Source of the DNA: Cenococcum geophilum
Taxonomy: Eukaryota
Reading direction: 5' to 3'
NCBI GenBank assembly: GCA_050273025.1
Contig: CP158635.1
Span: forward strand, 22,940,001-23,004,000
Length of the DNA: 64,000 nucleotides
Under the pieces are notes generated by a model. That model saw only the letters and a list, made by a program, of their open reading frames with translations, did no database searches and was not told the origin of the DNA. Both the position numbers and the translations under genes were made by a program. Shown here in pieces: positions 34,695 through 47,672 of the stretch. Position 1 is the stretch's first letter, and each line of letters starts with the position of its first letter.

Positions 34695-35609
34695 GGCGAG
34701 CTTAATCAAAGGCCTTAAAACCACCACGTTAACGTCTTGGCAGAAAGTGGCAGTAGAGGCTCTAGATGGGCGCTTACTAGCGTTACAAAATGGAAGCTCC
34801 AGTTTATTTAAATTGTGGTCTCCCCCTATATTTTTTAAACTAACAATTTTCAGCCGCACTAACAGCCTATTTAGGCAATTGTAGGGGTGTAGGCGCGCCT
34901 GCCGAGATGAAGCTCAGCTGGAGCGATCAGAGCAAGAAATGAAGCTAGAGGAACCAAACGGGAGCGTCAATTCGATATCAGCCCGTTGAGATGACGCCTC
35001 CATCTCGCCTCCAACCGACGAACCAAACAGGCCCTTAGTAATCTCGCGAAGGTGATGAATTATGGAGGCGGCTCGGCCTAAGAAATCTGTCGTAGCTCTC
35101 TGAGGCTGTGGCCGGAATTGAGGAGTAATTTTGCTCTGAGGACAATGTGGCACTCCAAATATCCAAACCTGTAGTCCCGGCGCATCTTTACACATGGCAG
35201 CTAGAAAGATTTTCTTGGAGTTGAAGGTTTCAGCCACTTTAAGAAACTCAATCCAGGGTCAATGTGGCGATTAGTGCGGGGAATGCTTGATGCCTCTACA
35301 CAAGGTTGCTTTTGCATCCGCTTAAGCTTGAAGCCGGCATAAATATAAATTTGATCTTCATCGGGAACGCATTAAAGATAGCCAACGGAAGCTTTATCTC
35401 ATAGACCAGACCTTCCATGGATCGTTGTGCACTGGCATACTGCTCCTTATCCAAACTAATCTTCCATGAATGGTCTAAGAGCTTATGGTCCTAAATCTTT
35501 ACCTTACTACTAAAACTTATATACTTCTCTAAGTCCACTTATCTCTAAAATACTATAGGTTGGAAGCTCTTTATCTTCTCTATCGTCTTTATATTATAGT
35601 AATATTATA

Positions 35610-36583
35610 GCTCTATAAGAACCCATGAAAGTCATATCTACTTCATATGGCTCTATTATGAGGCGGATCTTCCCCCCTCCTATGAGATGCGGCAGTGCAA
35701 TGAGTACATGAAATTCGGCTTGATGGGTGTTACTGTTCTCTATTCGTCTGGTGATTATGGTAAGCGTATTCACTGCAAGACCCACAACTATGGAAAGATA
35801 TTACCAAGACATCCTACCCTCCAGGTTCCGCTGAGATAGCCCTTACTGTTTTACGTGTATTTGGCGGAAATGTGTTCATCACTCCTTAGGCGTCGCCGGA
35901 AACCTAGGCCGATGTACCGACCCCATCGCCAGGTTACAACAACCTGTTTTTATGTCGCTGCTGTAGGTGCGACTCAAGTTAAAACCGAAATCGACCTCGC
36001 CGCTCCCGCAACAGGGACGTAGCCGGAAATGGTCTGCGAAACCGTCATTTACAGTGGCGGAGGTTTTAGCAATGTGTTTCCATTGCCAGACTACCAGGCC
36101 AATGCCGTGAGAGAATGGTTTAAAAACAACCCGCTGCCTTATAGAAGTGACACGTATAATGAGACGCAGAAGACGAGGGGCTTCCCTGATGTTTCTGCTA
36201 ATGGGGTCAACTACGTAATTCTCCGCTGCCTCATAATCACAGCTTATGGCTGTAGTATTTGATCTAGGAAAATCTGACGGCAAGCAGGTCATAGCCGTCG
36301 ATGGCCAGTTTGGCCTTGTTTACGGCACGTCTGCCTCGTCACCTGCCTTCGGCTCTATCATAACGCTTATTAATGATAAGCTGCTCTCTAAGGGCAAGAG
36401 TACCGTCGGATTCATTAATCCAGTGCTGTATGCGAATCCACAAGTGCTAAATGGTACCATAGAGGGCGCAAATCCAGGATGCGGAACTGATAGGTTTAAT
36501 GCAACGACGGGCTGGGATCTGGTAGCATGATTGGGAACACTGAATTACCCCATGATGCTGTCGTTGTTTGAAGGGCTTCAGTA
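35610..36583 (+). pseudogene. 5'-truncated sedolisin/tripeptidyl-peptidase (S53, aorsin-like) pseudogene
   Basis: RQCNEYMKFGLMGVTVLYSSGDYG, SGGGFSNVFPLPDYQ, RGFPDVSANG, GTSASSP, GWDLV. In-frame stops (~36020 and 36528), frameshifts, and no signal peptide or prodomain. Confidence 0.85.
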
Positions 36584-36812
36584 GGGCCTGGCTGAGATAC
36601 GTACGTGGCTATTCACTTTAGTTGGGGTGATTGGGTGGAGGGATCGGAACATTTGGACGGTCGTCGAAAGATTGCTTGAACCACAACAGGTTCTTGATCA
36701 TCATAATTAAATGCAGAATGCCGCCTTGATTCGCGACAATTCGTTTTCTTCCATTGCTATCATAATTGAAGTCCAGCTCCTCGCTCTTGAGAAATCTCTA
36801 CTATTTTGAACA

Positions 36813-38146
36813 TCAATACCATATGCTTCGCGTTCGATGATGCGGAATCTCTTCGTCGCCATCGCGCTCCTTCTCTTTCATCAGATCGTAGAGAAAAAAG
36901 TCCATCAAGCTTGCGTTAATTTTAGCTTCGGGATGTTCTCGCAAGATTTCACGGCGTAAGAGCTCCACGGACCAGATGCTGCATCCTAGTTGAAGATGAT
37001 TTAGGGCAAATCTAAGTTATAGGGAATGAGGAATGCATACCTCGTAGCTGGATCTCCCAGCTGTGACCGGACTCGAGAGGGTCGAGACGCCTAATGCGGC
37101 TTTCGAGAGGTGGGCAGTAGATGAGACAGCCGAGGGAGTGCAGAATTTGAGGGATGCGGTAGTCTTGGATGTTGTAAGTATAAAGTGCACCGAATATCTC
37201 TTCTTTTGCTTACCAGCAAAGATTGTAATCTTGTTCATATCATTGAACTCCCCATAACCTTCGCCCTCAAATGCAGCCCACAGATCAGCCACTAAGATCT
37301 GGGCGCGTTTCAAGATGCGAACCTTGCGCTTTTCAAAGGTATGCTCATCGCGAAAACACGGAAAGCGATCTGCCAGTATATTAACAAGGCCAGCAGCTGA
37401 ATTCTTGGCGTCTTCCACCAGTGTGATTACACTATTCTCGAATTCCTGAGACGTTAGCGACTTCATATCGCCGTTCATGCTTTCCAAGGAGTTTTACATT
37501 TACACACTTCTTCAATAATCTGACCCGCTTCTCTTAAGCAAGCCACGCGCTCGGAGAATAGGGGGATCTCCTCATTTGTTGCAGAGCGAAAGACGTTGCG
37601 GAGAACGTCTTCTGTGCATTCTTCTTCGTTGGCCCAAAATGATGGTGTGGTGATTGGGATTTCTAGTCAAATTAGTGTGAAGTTTATATAACAAATTTTT
37701 AAATCGGCACTGAGGTGGCTATTCACCCTACCTTCATCAAGTGCTCTTTGCAATGCAGCTACTAAACTCCAATATCCCGTCCACTTCTTTCCCTTATAGT
37801 CCACCGTGAACCTCTCCTCTTGGCTCTTTTCACTCCAGAAAGAAAAATTCAACAAATCCATGGTAAAGATGAAGTTGATAGTGCTCTCATCTTTACTCTT
37901 GGGATGCAGTTCGTGCTCAGACCACGTTTTGGTGCTGTAGGACCGCTGTTGCATGGCTTCCCAGACCACTATAGCTGCCCTCTTTGTACTGCGCATATCA
38001 AGCGCCACGTCAATACTGTTATTATAAATGAATTCCGCATGCTGGAGCACTTTTGTTTCTGGAGGCGCTGATGCATCCTTTGGGCTTAAACCAAGAGATT
38101 TGCGGAGGAGTTCTAGAAGCTCGAGATCGGGTTCGTCATCAGACAT
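36813..38146 (-). CDS. Queuosine salvage protein (DUF2419/Qng1 family), four introns; possible upstream start at 38317
   Basis: WSEHELHPK, IFTMDLLNFSFW, GYWSLVAALQRAL, FRD, KRAQILVADLWA, FADYRIPQ, C-terminal IPHHRTRSIWY*. Confidence 0.9.
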
Positions 38147-38635
38147 TTTTGATGCTTTAGAGAAACTTATGGAGTAAAAATGAGGTGAGGTGGAAGGATT
38201 TGTTGCAGAAAGGGGTTTGAAAAATGATTGGGCGATGATTGGAGTGATTGGAGATAAACGAGTTGAATAAAGTCTAGCTGAGTGTGACAGATGCTTGGTA
38301 GCAAATAAATACCTCATTTGAGAACAAGTCTATATATTTGAGCGCAACTGAACATGAAGACCTTCAAAAATGAAAAAAAAGGTGAGCGTCAGAAGGCTGC
38401 AGGTAGCCGCGATGCATTTTTGGTGTCGTTTATTTTCGGGGGTTTGTGCTTTTTGCAGTGGGCGGCAAGACGGCTGCATCGATGCGGCTCGGCGTTCTGC
38501 AGCCCTCCTTCACCTTTGCCTCGCATTACTCTTCACCCTCACTTCTTACCTTGACCTCTCACTCTTGTCCTTATTTCAACTTCTCCTATCCTCTCACATG
38601 TCTTAGCACAGCTCAGCACCTACATTGTATTCGCA

Positions 38636-40718
38636 ATGGGCCGCGATAGATATCCTAAGCAGAGCCTTGGCTCACTCCACAGTCGCATCAAGCAGGTGAT
38701 AGCTCTATCTGCGCTATAGCCTTCTAGGACTTTTACTGATAAGTCCGCAGTCGCGTATATTGATGGTCGGAGCTGGTGGAATAGGCTGTGAGCTGCTCAA
38801 AAACCTCGTCCTTACTGGTTTTGGAGAGATCCATATCGTCGACCTCGACACGATCGATCTGAGCAACCTCAACCGGCAGTTTCTATTCAGGCATGAACAT
38901 ATAAAGAAGTCAAAAGCATTGGTATGGGATCAGAGGAACTGTACTGGCTGTGAGGTGATAACAGACTGACAAAACGGGTATCTCAGGTTGCGAAGGAGTC
39001 CGCCGGAAAGTTCAACCCCAAGGTCAAGATCGAAGCGCATCATGCCAATATCAAGGACCCACAATTCAACGTTAACTGGTTTAAAAGCTTTGCGATCGTA
39101 TTCAATGCGCTTGACAACTTGGAGGCGAGACGTCATGTCAACAAAATGTGCTTGGCGGCGGATGTACCCCTGATCGAGAGCGGCACGACGGGTTTCAACG
39201 GACAAGTACAAGTCATCAAGAAGGTAAGAGGCCCATTATTTCTTAGAGATAAATGTCGAGCCACATCCACTGAGAATATCTAGGGCCAAACGGAGTGCTA
39301 CGATTGCAATGTCAAAGAGACACCTAAAAGCTTTCCCGTCTGCACGATCCGAAGCACGCCAAGCCAACCTATTCATTGCATTGTCTGGGGCAAAAGTTAT
39401 CTGTTCACGGAAATATTTGGTACTAGCGAGGATGATGCGCCAGAACTCGATCATACTGAAGACTCGGAGAATGCGAAGGAACTGGAGAAGTTACGGCAAG
39501 AATCGCAAGCTTTGAAGAGAATCCGAGAATCAATAGGATCTAAGGACTTTCCACGCATGGTATTTGAAAAAGTCTTCAAGGAGGATATCGAACGTCTACG
39601 GAGCATGGAAGGCATGTGGAACACGCGGAAGCCGCCGGAGCCCCTTGATTACGACAAAGTCTCCCAGGAAGTACTCGGTGTTGGATCTGCCATAGCACAA
39701 CAAGACCAAATTGTATGGACCCTAGCTGAGAATTTCGCTGTGTTCATCGACAGCCTCAGACGGTTGAGTAATCGATTGGAAGAACTACGAGCTAATGGGG
39801 AGACGGGAAATGCGCCGTCAGTACTGACGTTCGACAAAGATGATGTGGATACACTCGATTTTGTTGCTGCGAGCGCTAACCTGAGGTCATACATTTTCAG
39901 CATTGAGACAAGATCGAAGTTTGACATTAAACGTGAGCTAGCCTCGACTTAGCTCCCTCTACTATTGCTTACATGTTCTAGAAATGGCGGGAAACATTAT
40001 CCCTGCGATAGCAACTACGAATGCCATGACTGCCGGCCTCTGCGTACTACAAGCATTCAAAGTGATGCGGGATGACCTCGAAAAGGCTAAGATGGTTTTC
40101 CTTGTTAGATCCACAGAACGTATCATATCAGTCGAATCGTTGCGACCGCCGAAGCCCGAATGTCCTGCGTGTAGCGTGACACAATCGGCACTTATTGTGG
40201 ACACGGCACGGGCAACACTAAACGATTTAGTTGAAGATTTCCTCAAGTTAGAGCTTGGATATGGAGGGGAATTTAGTGTCAGCAGCGAGGCTGGTATTCT
40301 ATATGACCCGGAGCTTGACGACAACCTTCCAAAGAAGTTTGGTGAGCTGGGCGTCAAAGGAGACAGCTTCATCACCGTCGTAGACGAGGAGGATGAAAAC
40401 CCTAGGGTTAACCTCGTCCTCGCCATCTCCGAACAATCTCTTCCAGAGGACTCTAAGCCCATATATTTGGCCGAAAAATTGGACATAGCCAGAAAACCCA
40501 AACCCACTCCCCCTACCGAGACAAATGGCCATGCTGTCGTCGTGACAAATGGCGTTAATGGCAAGCGCAAGCGAGGCGCCACCGAAGCAGACTTGGAGGA
40601 TGACTTGGTCCGTAAAAGAGGCAAGGTTGCCGAACAATCTTCGGTCGCTACCCAGAACGGTGATATCATTGTGCTAGATGATTCTACAAACGGTGCTATT
40701 CTCATCGACGATGACTGA
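38636..40718 (+). CDS. UBA2: SUMO-activating enzyme E1 subunit 2 (multi-exon)
   Basis: [30 protein letters not shown], catalytic [42 protein letters not shown] introns. Confidence 0.96.
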
Positions 40719-41021
40719 GATATCTTTCGGATTATCTCAACACAATACTGCCAACGCACTTCGGCACACGCTTTAGAAGGTATCCCTTAATAATTGCACT
40801 CATTCGACCATCATTCGGCTTATTTGCGGTGTTTATGCCTCCAAGGTGGTTTCACGGCGCAGTATGGAGTTTCAATTTCCCAAGTTTGGCAGACCATTTT
40901 AGCCACATTTTCTTCAGATGCATTTTTTTCGCCGTCGCCTGGGATTTGCACCATAGACATCTTTTCCCAGACTTGTATATCAAAATAAGGGGATGGCGCT
41001 TTGGAAGTGCTCGGATCGGAT

Positions 41022-42180
41022 TCACGTGGCGCTGAGACCTCCATCGAGATTAATGATGCAATTGTTTGCGTACTGGTTCATTACCAGAAACAAGGCTGCT
41101 TCAGCAATTTCGTCGGCTTGACCAAATCGTGCGAGAGGAATTCTCTCTAGTATTTGAGCACGGGCCTTGGGGTCTATGCCTACGTTGTGTACATTAGCTT
41201 TCATCCTGCGATCCTACGGACGGAAAGGCAGGTTTTCGGACTGGGATTGGATGAACTGGCATATGGAGCATTGGGAGCGGGGGTCATTGTGGCGGATGAA
41301 TACCCGGGAGAAAAGCTATATAGCAGAGCACATACCTGCTGTCATATCTGTCTCTATATATCCAGGTGCTATAGCACTCACCCGGATTCCAGTAGGTCCT
41401 AATTCAGCTGCTAGAGCTCTAGTGAGACCTGAAATTTAAACATATTAGTCGTAATTTACCCTTACAAAACAGTAAACTATTTGAATCATGCTCTTCCATG
41501 AGTGTAGGCTTTAGACTATGAAAAAGCTTACCCAACAAACCAGCTTTACTCGCTGCATAAGCCGCTGCACCTCTACCGCCTTGCAACCCTAGTAGTGAGG
41601 CGATGTTAATAATGACCGGATTCCAAGCCTTCTCACCCTCGTCCTTCCCCTTCCCACCCCACATAAACTTTCGCTTAATCAAATACCTGACTGCCCATAC
41701 TATTGCTGTCAAATTTGTGCTAAGTACCCTCTCTAAGTCCTCCGGCTCCGTCCGCACTAATAAAGAACTGTGTGTCACCCCAGCCGCATTTACCAGTATA
41801 TCCACTTTCTCCCCTTCAAAGCTAAAGCTAGGCTCCGCCTCTTGCCCTGCCGAACTCGTCAGAGAGTCCCAGAAGCTCTGAGATGAGATGTCGCCTGCGA
41901 TGTATCTATGCGGGGATGAGTCCGGAGGGGGTGCGGAGAGAGTAGGAAGGGCTTGACGGAGGGAGTCTTGAGATCGAGAAACCAGTGTACAGCGACATGA
42001 ATTGGAGGCGAGGAGCTGGGCTATAGAGAGGCCAATGCCACGGGAGCCTCCAGTTATGAGTGCATGTTTACTGGATAGATCTGGACGGGAAGCGGTGGAG
42101 ATGGGGCGGGTTTGAAAGTGGTGGGGATGACAACACTGAGATGGGAACGTGCGAAGGACGGGGAATTTCCGTAGACGCAT
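41022..42180 (-). CDS. Short-chain dehydrogenase, 3-oxoacyl-ACP reductase-like, with probable mitochondrial presequence
   Basis: TGGSRGIG, LVNAAG, YAASKAG, IPLARFG, INLDGG; Arg-rich N-terminus; introns at ~41430-41530 and ~41215-41335. Confidence 0.88.
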
Positions 42181-42348
42181 GATGGTGGAAAGGTATTTAG
42201 GAGTGACGTAGACGCCTGAGGCTTTCGGTGGAGGTGTCTTGGGTCTCTGTCCGTTCGCGAAGTCCCGTGAAGACGCGCTTCGGCAAATTCTGCCTGGGAA
42301 CTTTTCTTCTCCAGAGAATCGTCAACCCCTCAACCAACGTCCGCAATC

Positions 42349-42847
42349 ATGGCACACCAACAGACCGGGTATGTTACGCTTGTATCAAGCGATGGCTTTG
42401 AGTTCAAAGTGCTCAGGTCTGCTGCATGCCTTGCGGGCGCCATCAAGCGGATGTTGGATCCGACAAGTGTGTCCTACCCTTTGCTCCATTCTCTCACACT
42501 CTAGAACTGAATTCTTCTCTCCCAGGTAATTTTGCCGAGGCAATATCAAACCGCTGTGTTTTCGAAAACATCAAGTACGACCACCTATCTCTTATAGGCA
42601 CGAGAAGATAAAGTATCACTTTAAGGAAAGGTGGCTCACTGATACATTATAGTGGCGTCGTACTGGAGAAAGTGTGCGAGTATCTCTACTATAACGAGAA
42701 ACACAAAGAGAGCAAAGATGTACCAGACATGGACATTCCGCCAGAGCTTTGTCTAGAGTTGCTTATGGCGGCGGATTATTTAGACGGTTAGTTTTCTGGG
42801 AAACTTGCTGGCATTAACTTACGACAGCTTATGATGTTGCAGTATAA
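42349..42847 (+). CDS. ELC1: Elongin C (four exons)
   Basis: YVTLVSSDGFEF..IKRML / NFAEA..F / VLEKVCEYLYY..IPPELCLELLMAADYLD. Only partly captured by the ORF track because of introns. Confidence 0.93.
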
Positions 42848-43688
42848 CCACCACGTACGGTATACTGTAGGAAGTCTCCCATAGCGAGCGCTGCTGCGGA
42901 TGATTATGACTTTCGAGTAGAGTGCTTAGCCTGTCACTCTTAGCGGAGTTCCGGTGAACCATCCGGCGTTGTAGTGAATTGATAGGAAAGTCATGCACTT
43001 AAAGATATGCCCTCAGCAGCATAGGTTTGAGAGATTTAACACACTTTATAACATCATCTAAAATCTCTTAGACATGCCGAGTTGTCGATATCACGCTTCC
43101 TCCAGCATCACGAGCATATACGTTTGTCTCTTCGCTCCATGAAATGAATGTCTATAGCTGATGCGAGATTGAGGTCCTCCTAAATAACTAATCTACCTTT
43201 CTGGCGATAGAGGGTGGATTTTTATATGGCGGATACATCTTCCACTCCTTACAATTTAGAATTATCTAGCTGTATACCTTATTCTCCATTATTGTATTTT
43301 ATTGACTAGAACTATCTATAAACTCTTGTATCTATATTCAACCTTCTGCGTGCTGTCTTATGGATATGTTTGTGAAACAAACCTAACACTTACTTGGTTT
43401 GCTGGCTAATATTTACACTAATTTCCAATCAGTATATGTCCCTTGAAGTGAATGGTTTCCTTCAAAGGAATAATGACGGAGCAGGGCGGAAATGTAGGGC
43501 AGGTTTGTTTGTCTTCAAACAAACATCACTCGCCTCTCCATAAACTTCTTTCATCCTTAGCTTCCGTAAAGCTCTACATAAGGGTGACCACTCTTGCTCT
43601 CTACGGATAGTCCTCAGCTCCCTTCACCTACCAACACTATCCACACTTCTCCATAGTCTATCACGTTAACGGCTTTTCGGACGTTGTC

Positions 43689-46119
43689 ATGTCAGACGGA
43701 CAGGCTACTCCTCCCGCCGAGGTCACCACCGACCCATCGGACGATAAACCTCAAGGTCGGTTTTGGCGTTGTCAATGCACTGACAATTTTGCTAACTATT
43801 CCTGATTATAAGGCTCCAATGACCATCGTGGCAGACATGCTATTGATGACTTCCGCAACACTGCATCAATCGAGGGCCTTCAAACTGAGGAGCAGCGATT
43901 GGTCCTTGACACTGTCGCCCAGATTCGCAAATGTGGCCTAGACAGTATCCTCTCGCTGCCTCAGCTCGTAGTGTGCGGTGACCAATCCACTGGCAAGAGT
44001 TCTGTTCTGGAAGCTCTGACTGAGATTCCATTCCCCCGAAATGATAACCTTTGTACTAGATTTGCTACAGAGATCATTCTGCGACGCTCGGCTACCGACA
44101 GTCTCACGATCAAGATCATTCCAGACGCCAAGAGGCATATGCAAGAACAACACACGATCAAAAATTTCACTGAGACGATAACAGACTTCTCCGAACTTCC
44201 TAGAATCGTGGACAAGGCTATGCTAATCATGGGCGTCGGAGCGTCGAAATCTTTCGCTAAAGATGTTCTCAGCGTGCTGATTGAAGGTCCAATGAGACCA
44301 CAGCTGACCTTGGTGGATCTGCCTGGCCTGATTCAGAACCCTGGCAATGGCATTACCGATGCTGACGTAGCTATGGTCAAAGAGATAACACAACATTACG
44401 TCGAACAACCTCGGACTATATGCTTGGCTGTAGTGGCTGCCATCAATGACCACGCCAATCAGGGCATTTTAGGCAGAGTTCAGAAAGTTGACCCGGAAGG
44501 AGAACGTACGCTTGGAATCATCACCAAGCCTGACAGGGTTGAACCGAATTCTGGTAGTGAAAGAGCTTTCTTGGACCTTGCGAATAACCGTGGGGTATTC
44601 CTGAAACTTGGCTGGCACGTTCTCCGCAATCGAAACTACGAGGAGAGAGATACTTCTTTCCTGGAACGGAACGCGGCCGAATCCACATTCTTTGCCACTT
44701 CGAACTTCAAAATTTTGCCCAAGGACTGCGTTGGTATTGATTCGTTGCGAAGCCGTCTGAGCTTGCTTCTCTTCGAGCATGTTAAACACGAACTTCCTCG
44801 TCTGCGCGATGACTTGGAGCTAGCGCTCACTGACGCACAAACCCAGCTTGAAAACTTGGGAAGCCGCCGTTCAACTCCTGAGGACTGCAAGGATTTCCTG
44901 ATGAAACTGAGTTTAGACTATCACTCTCTTTGCAAGGCCGCAGTGAGTGGTTATTATGAGGGAGCTTATTTCAAGCACAATCCAACTGAAGTATTCTCGC
45001 CCTCATCGCTATCAGCAATCCGGAGACTACGAGCTCTCATTCAATATCTTAATACCCAGTTTTCAGAGACGATCCGCACTCGTGGCCATCGTTTCCAAAT
45101 TCCAATGCTGGACCAAGGCACGCCTCCCACGCCAGATGGAACACCTACGAGCCCCAGCCCCAAAAGCGCGGGGAGTTCGCCCAATGAGGTCGCAAAGACT
45201 TCCAAGGCCTCATTTACGTCTTCATGGTCGCCTATTAAGCTGTCTCATACTGAAGTATTCCAATGGGTAACCCAAGCTCTCATTCGGAATCGCGGTCACG
45301 AACTCGCCGGTAATTTCAATCCACTTGTCATAGGGGAGCTCTTCTGGGAGCAAGCATCAAACTGGAATCAGCTCGCTCTTGATCACTTGGAGCATTGTGC
45401 AAGCATCTGTACCAAGTTTTTGGATGATCTCTTACAGGAACTGTGTCCCAAAGATATCAGATCTCGACTGAAAACCTCGATCATCCAAGAGACGCTGAAG
45501 AAACGCGAAGCGGCTGCATCCGAGGAGCTTAAGCGAATCATGGAAGACATGAAAAGCTACCCGATCAACTATAATCACTACTATACTGATAACGTAGCAA
45601 AGACTCGGACCGCGAAACAGAAGAAGCAATTGACACAGAGTATCAACGCCGCTACAACTCATGCAAAGATGCCTGGTTGCACTTCAACCCATACATCAGC
45701 AAGCATTGATGTTGACCGTGTACTGAGCAGCTATAATGAGGCTATTAGTGCTAATATGGATAAGTACAGCTGTGAAAGCATCCTCGATTGTGTGCTTGCA
45801 ATCTACAAGGTTAGACAATTCATCCATCAGCCTCTCCTGTCATTACCAGTGAGATTAATTTACCGCCCTCAAATAGGTCCACCAGAAGACATTTGTGGCA
45901 AATACAACAACCCAGGTTGTCGAGCGCCATATTGTACGAGGACTTGAGGACATTATATCCCCAATCGTTATCAACCAGCTTACTAGCAGCCAAATCGAGT
46001 TCGTCGCCTCAGAGCCTGCGTCAACGAAGCGCCAGAGAGAGTTTCTTGAGGACAGAATCTCGAAACTTAATGAGGGACGAGACATCTTGAGAGGTGTGAT
46101 GAGGGATAGTATATTGTAG
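43689..46119 (+). CDS. Dynamin-family GTPase (fungal accessory/Mx-like type) with C-terminal GED-like segment
   Basis: LPQLVVCGDQSTGKSS, CTRFATE, LVDLPG, TKPD, NRGHELAGNFNP; introns at ~43756-43812 and ~45810-45876. Confidence 0.93.
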
Positions 46120-46372
46120 AATGAGGGTAGAAGTGTGCGGGTTTGCAATACAGCTATGGAGATCAGGAGGTAGTGTTAGATGATTCTGCTATAATTGTCC
46201 CCACAGCACATGCAGCGGCGCTTTTGCATCTTTCTAAGAGATTAATGACTTCCCAAAGGTTCGCCTACAATCCCTGTATCCACAAAAGCATAATCACAAA
46301 GGGTATAAAAGCCAGCCAGCAATAACTAAACAGCCTGCGCCTTAAACTCAATTTTATGCTCTGCGAAAGATA

Positions 46373-47672
46373 TCATGCAGTAGTATCCGTGTCGTCACTG
46401 CTTCCGTTCTCTGTTTGATCCCTCTCTATCTGCTCAACTCTTGCCATAATTTTGGCTTTCCACTCCAGGTAATCCAATTGTCTATCTTCACATAGATAAT
46501 CAACTTTATCTTGCATCATTGTGCCTAGCCCAATCTGCAACCCTCCATTACTGCTCCTTTCGTCCCAAGCCCCGCCATTCGTCCTCTTCCGCCGACTCAA
46601 ACCCTGCACTGTACCGCCGTCATCCTCGTCATATACCTCTACACCAACCTGATCGCCACCTTCTCCACTGCCAGTGCCGACTGCAGGCCGGCCAGCAACC
46701 ACGTTTAGAAACCACTCCATCTTCAGCCAAGCTTCCGCCTGGGCTTCACGCATGAAATGTTCAATATCCGTCTGTATACTTTCCTCGCCACTCTCCTTAC
46801 CCACCTCTAACTCTCCCAGCGTTGAGATTGCTTTATCGCGCTGCTCAAGATACTGGTCCGGCGTCGTCTCTTTGTTCACCATGCGTGCCAGGACGTAGAA
46901 AAGGAGGGCTGCAATCAGCCCTGGTATACGGGGTTCAGCGATTGGCTCTAATTTTGATTGGGCAGGTGTAGGGCCGGCGGCGGAGCGCCTGATGCGCGTA
47001 CCGACGCGCGAAGGCGATGTTGCGATTGACTGGGAGGGTTTGTGCAAAGCTAGGACGGAGCATACGCCTACGAAGACGTGGGGCGCGGCTGCGGGGGTAG
47101 AGAAGGCTTTACATAGGTGTCGGATCGTGGGCATGACCCACTCTGGAGCATCTTTATATTGGGGCGTTTTGCTACTCGCAATGTGATCTGCTTGCAGAGC
47201 GCTCCTGTCCCGTTTGGAGGGCGTCACCTGGTGCAGCGTACTCGGTGTGCGTGGTTTGGTAGGTGTTTGTTGTAATGAGGTATTTGCTTGCGATTTCCGT
47301 GGTGTAGAAGGGGCGCTCCTATTAGATCGCTCAGGTAGGGCTGTTGAGAGGTAGGCATAGAGCTTTTTGTACGCTTGAGGTGGGCAGGGTGGGCGCGATA
47401 TGATGGTAGGGAGGTTCAGGCGTTGTTTTAGTCTGAAGATGCGTCAGCAATGGTTATTAGTAGCTCTTAGGATATATTGCGCAACAATACCTCTCACAGG
47501 CTAGTTGCGCGCAAGCATACGGCCGTGCGATCTCTTCTTCCGGCTTAAGAGTACTGGCTTTACTTCGTGATTGCGCGAGGAGCGATAGGGCGAGGTTTAG
47601 GAGTTCAGGTGGAAGGGGCCCGCTGAAAGATGGGATAAGGCCGGTGAGGGACTGTTCAATGGATTTGTTCAT
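46373..47672 (-). CDS. ORC6: Origin recognition complex subunit 6 (one intron at ~47434-47489)
   Basis: LLAQSRSKASTLKPEEEIARPYACAQLACE, RPPCPP..YKKLY, C-terminal GLGTMMQDKVDYL...YLEWK. Confidence 0.9.

Larger units (their letters stand above)
31884..35034. mobile_element. Complete PIF/Harbinger DNA transposon (RIP-degraded)
   Basis: Perfect 15-bp TIRs GGGCCTGTTTGGTTC, TTA TSD on both sides, two convergent genes. Confidence 0.95.

Noticed and set aside
39962..40759. 265-aa antisense ORF
   Set aside because: Shadow of the UBA2 last exon; the same applies to antisense ORFs over the dynamin, ORC6, PRMT5 and PRP43 genes.
27250..46119. Starship element (tyrosine recombinase plus GNAT/dynamin cargo)
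   Set aside because: The recombinase is Crypton-type (Ndc10-like + GCR1_C), not a DUF3435 captain. It points away from the genes, and those are mostly core housekeeping genes.
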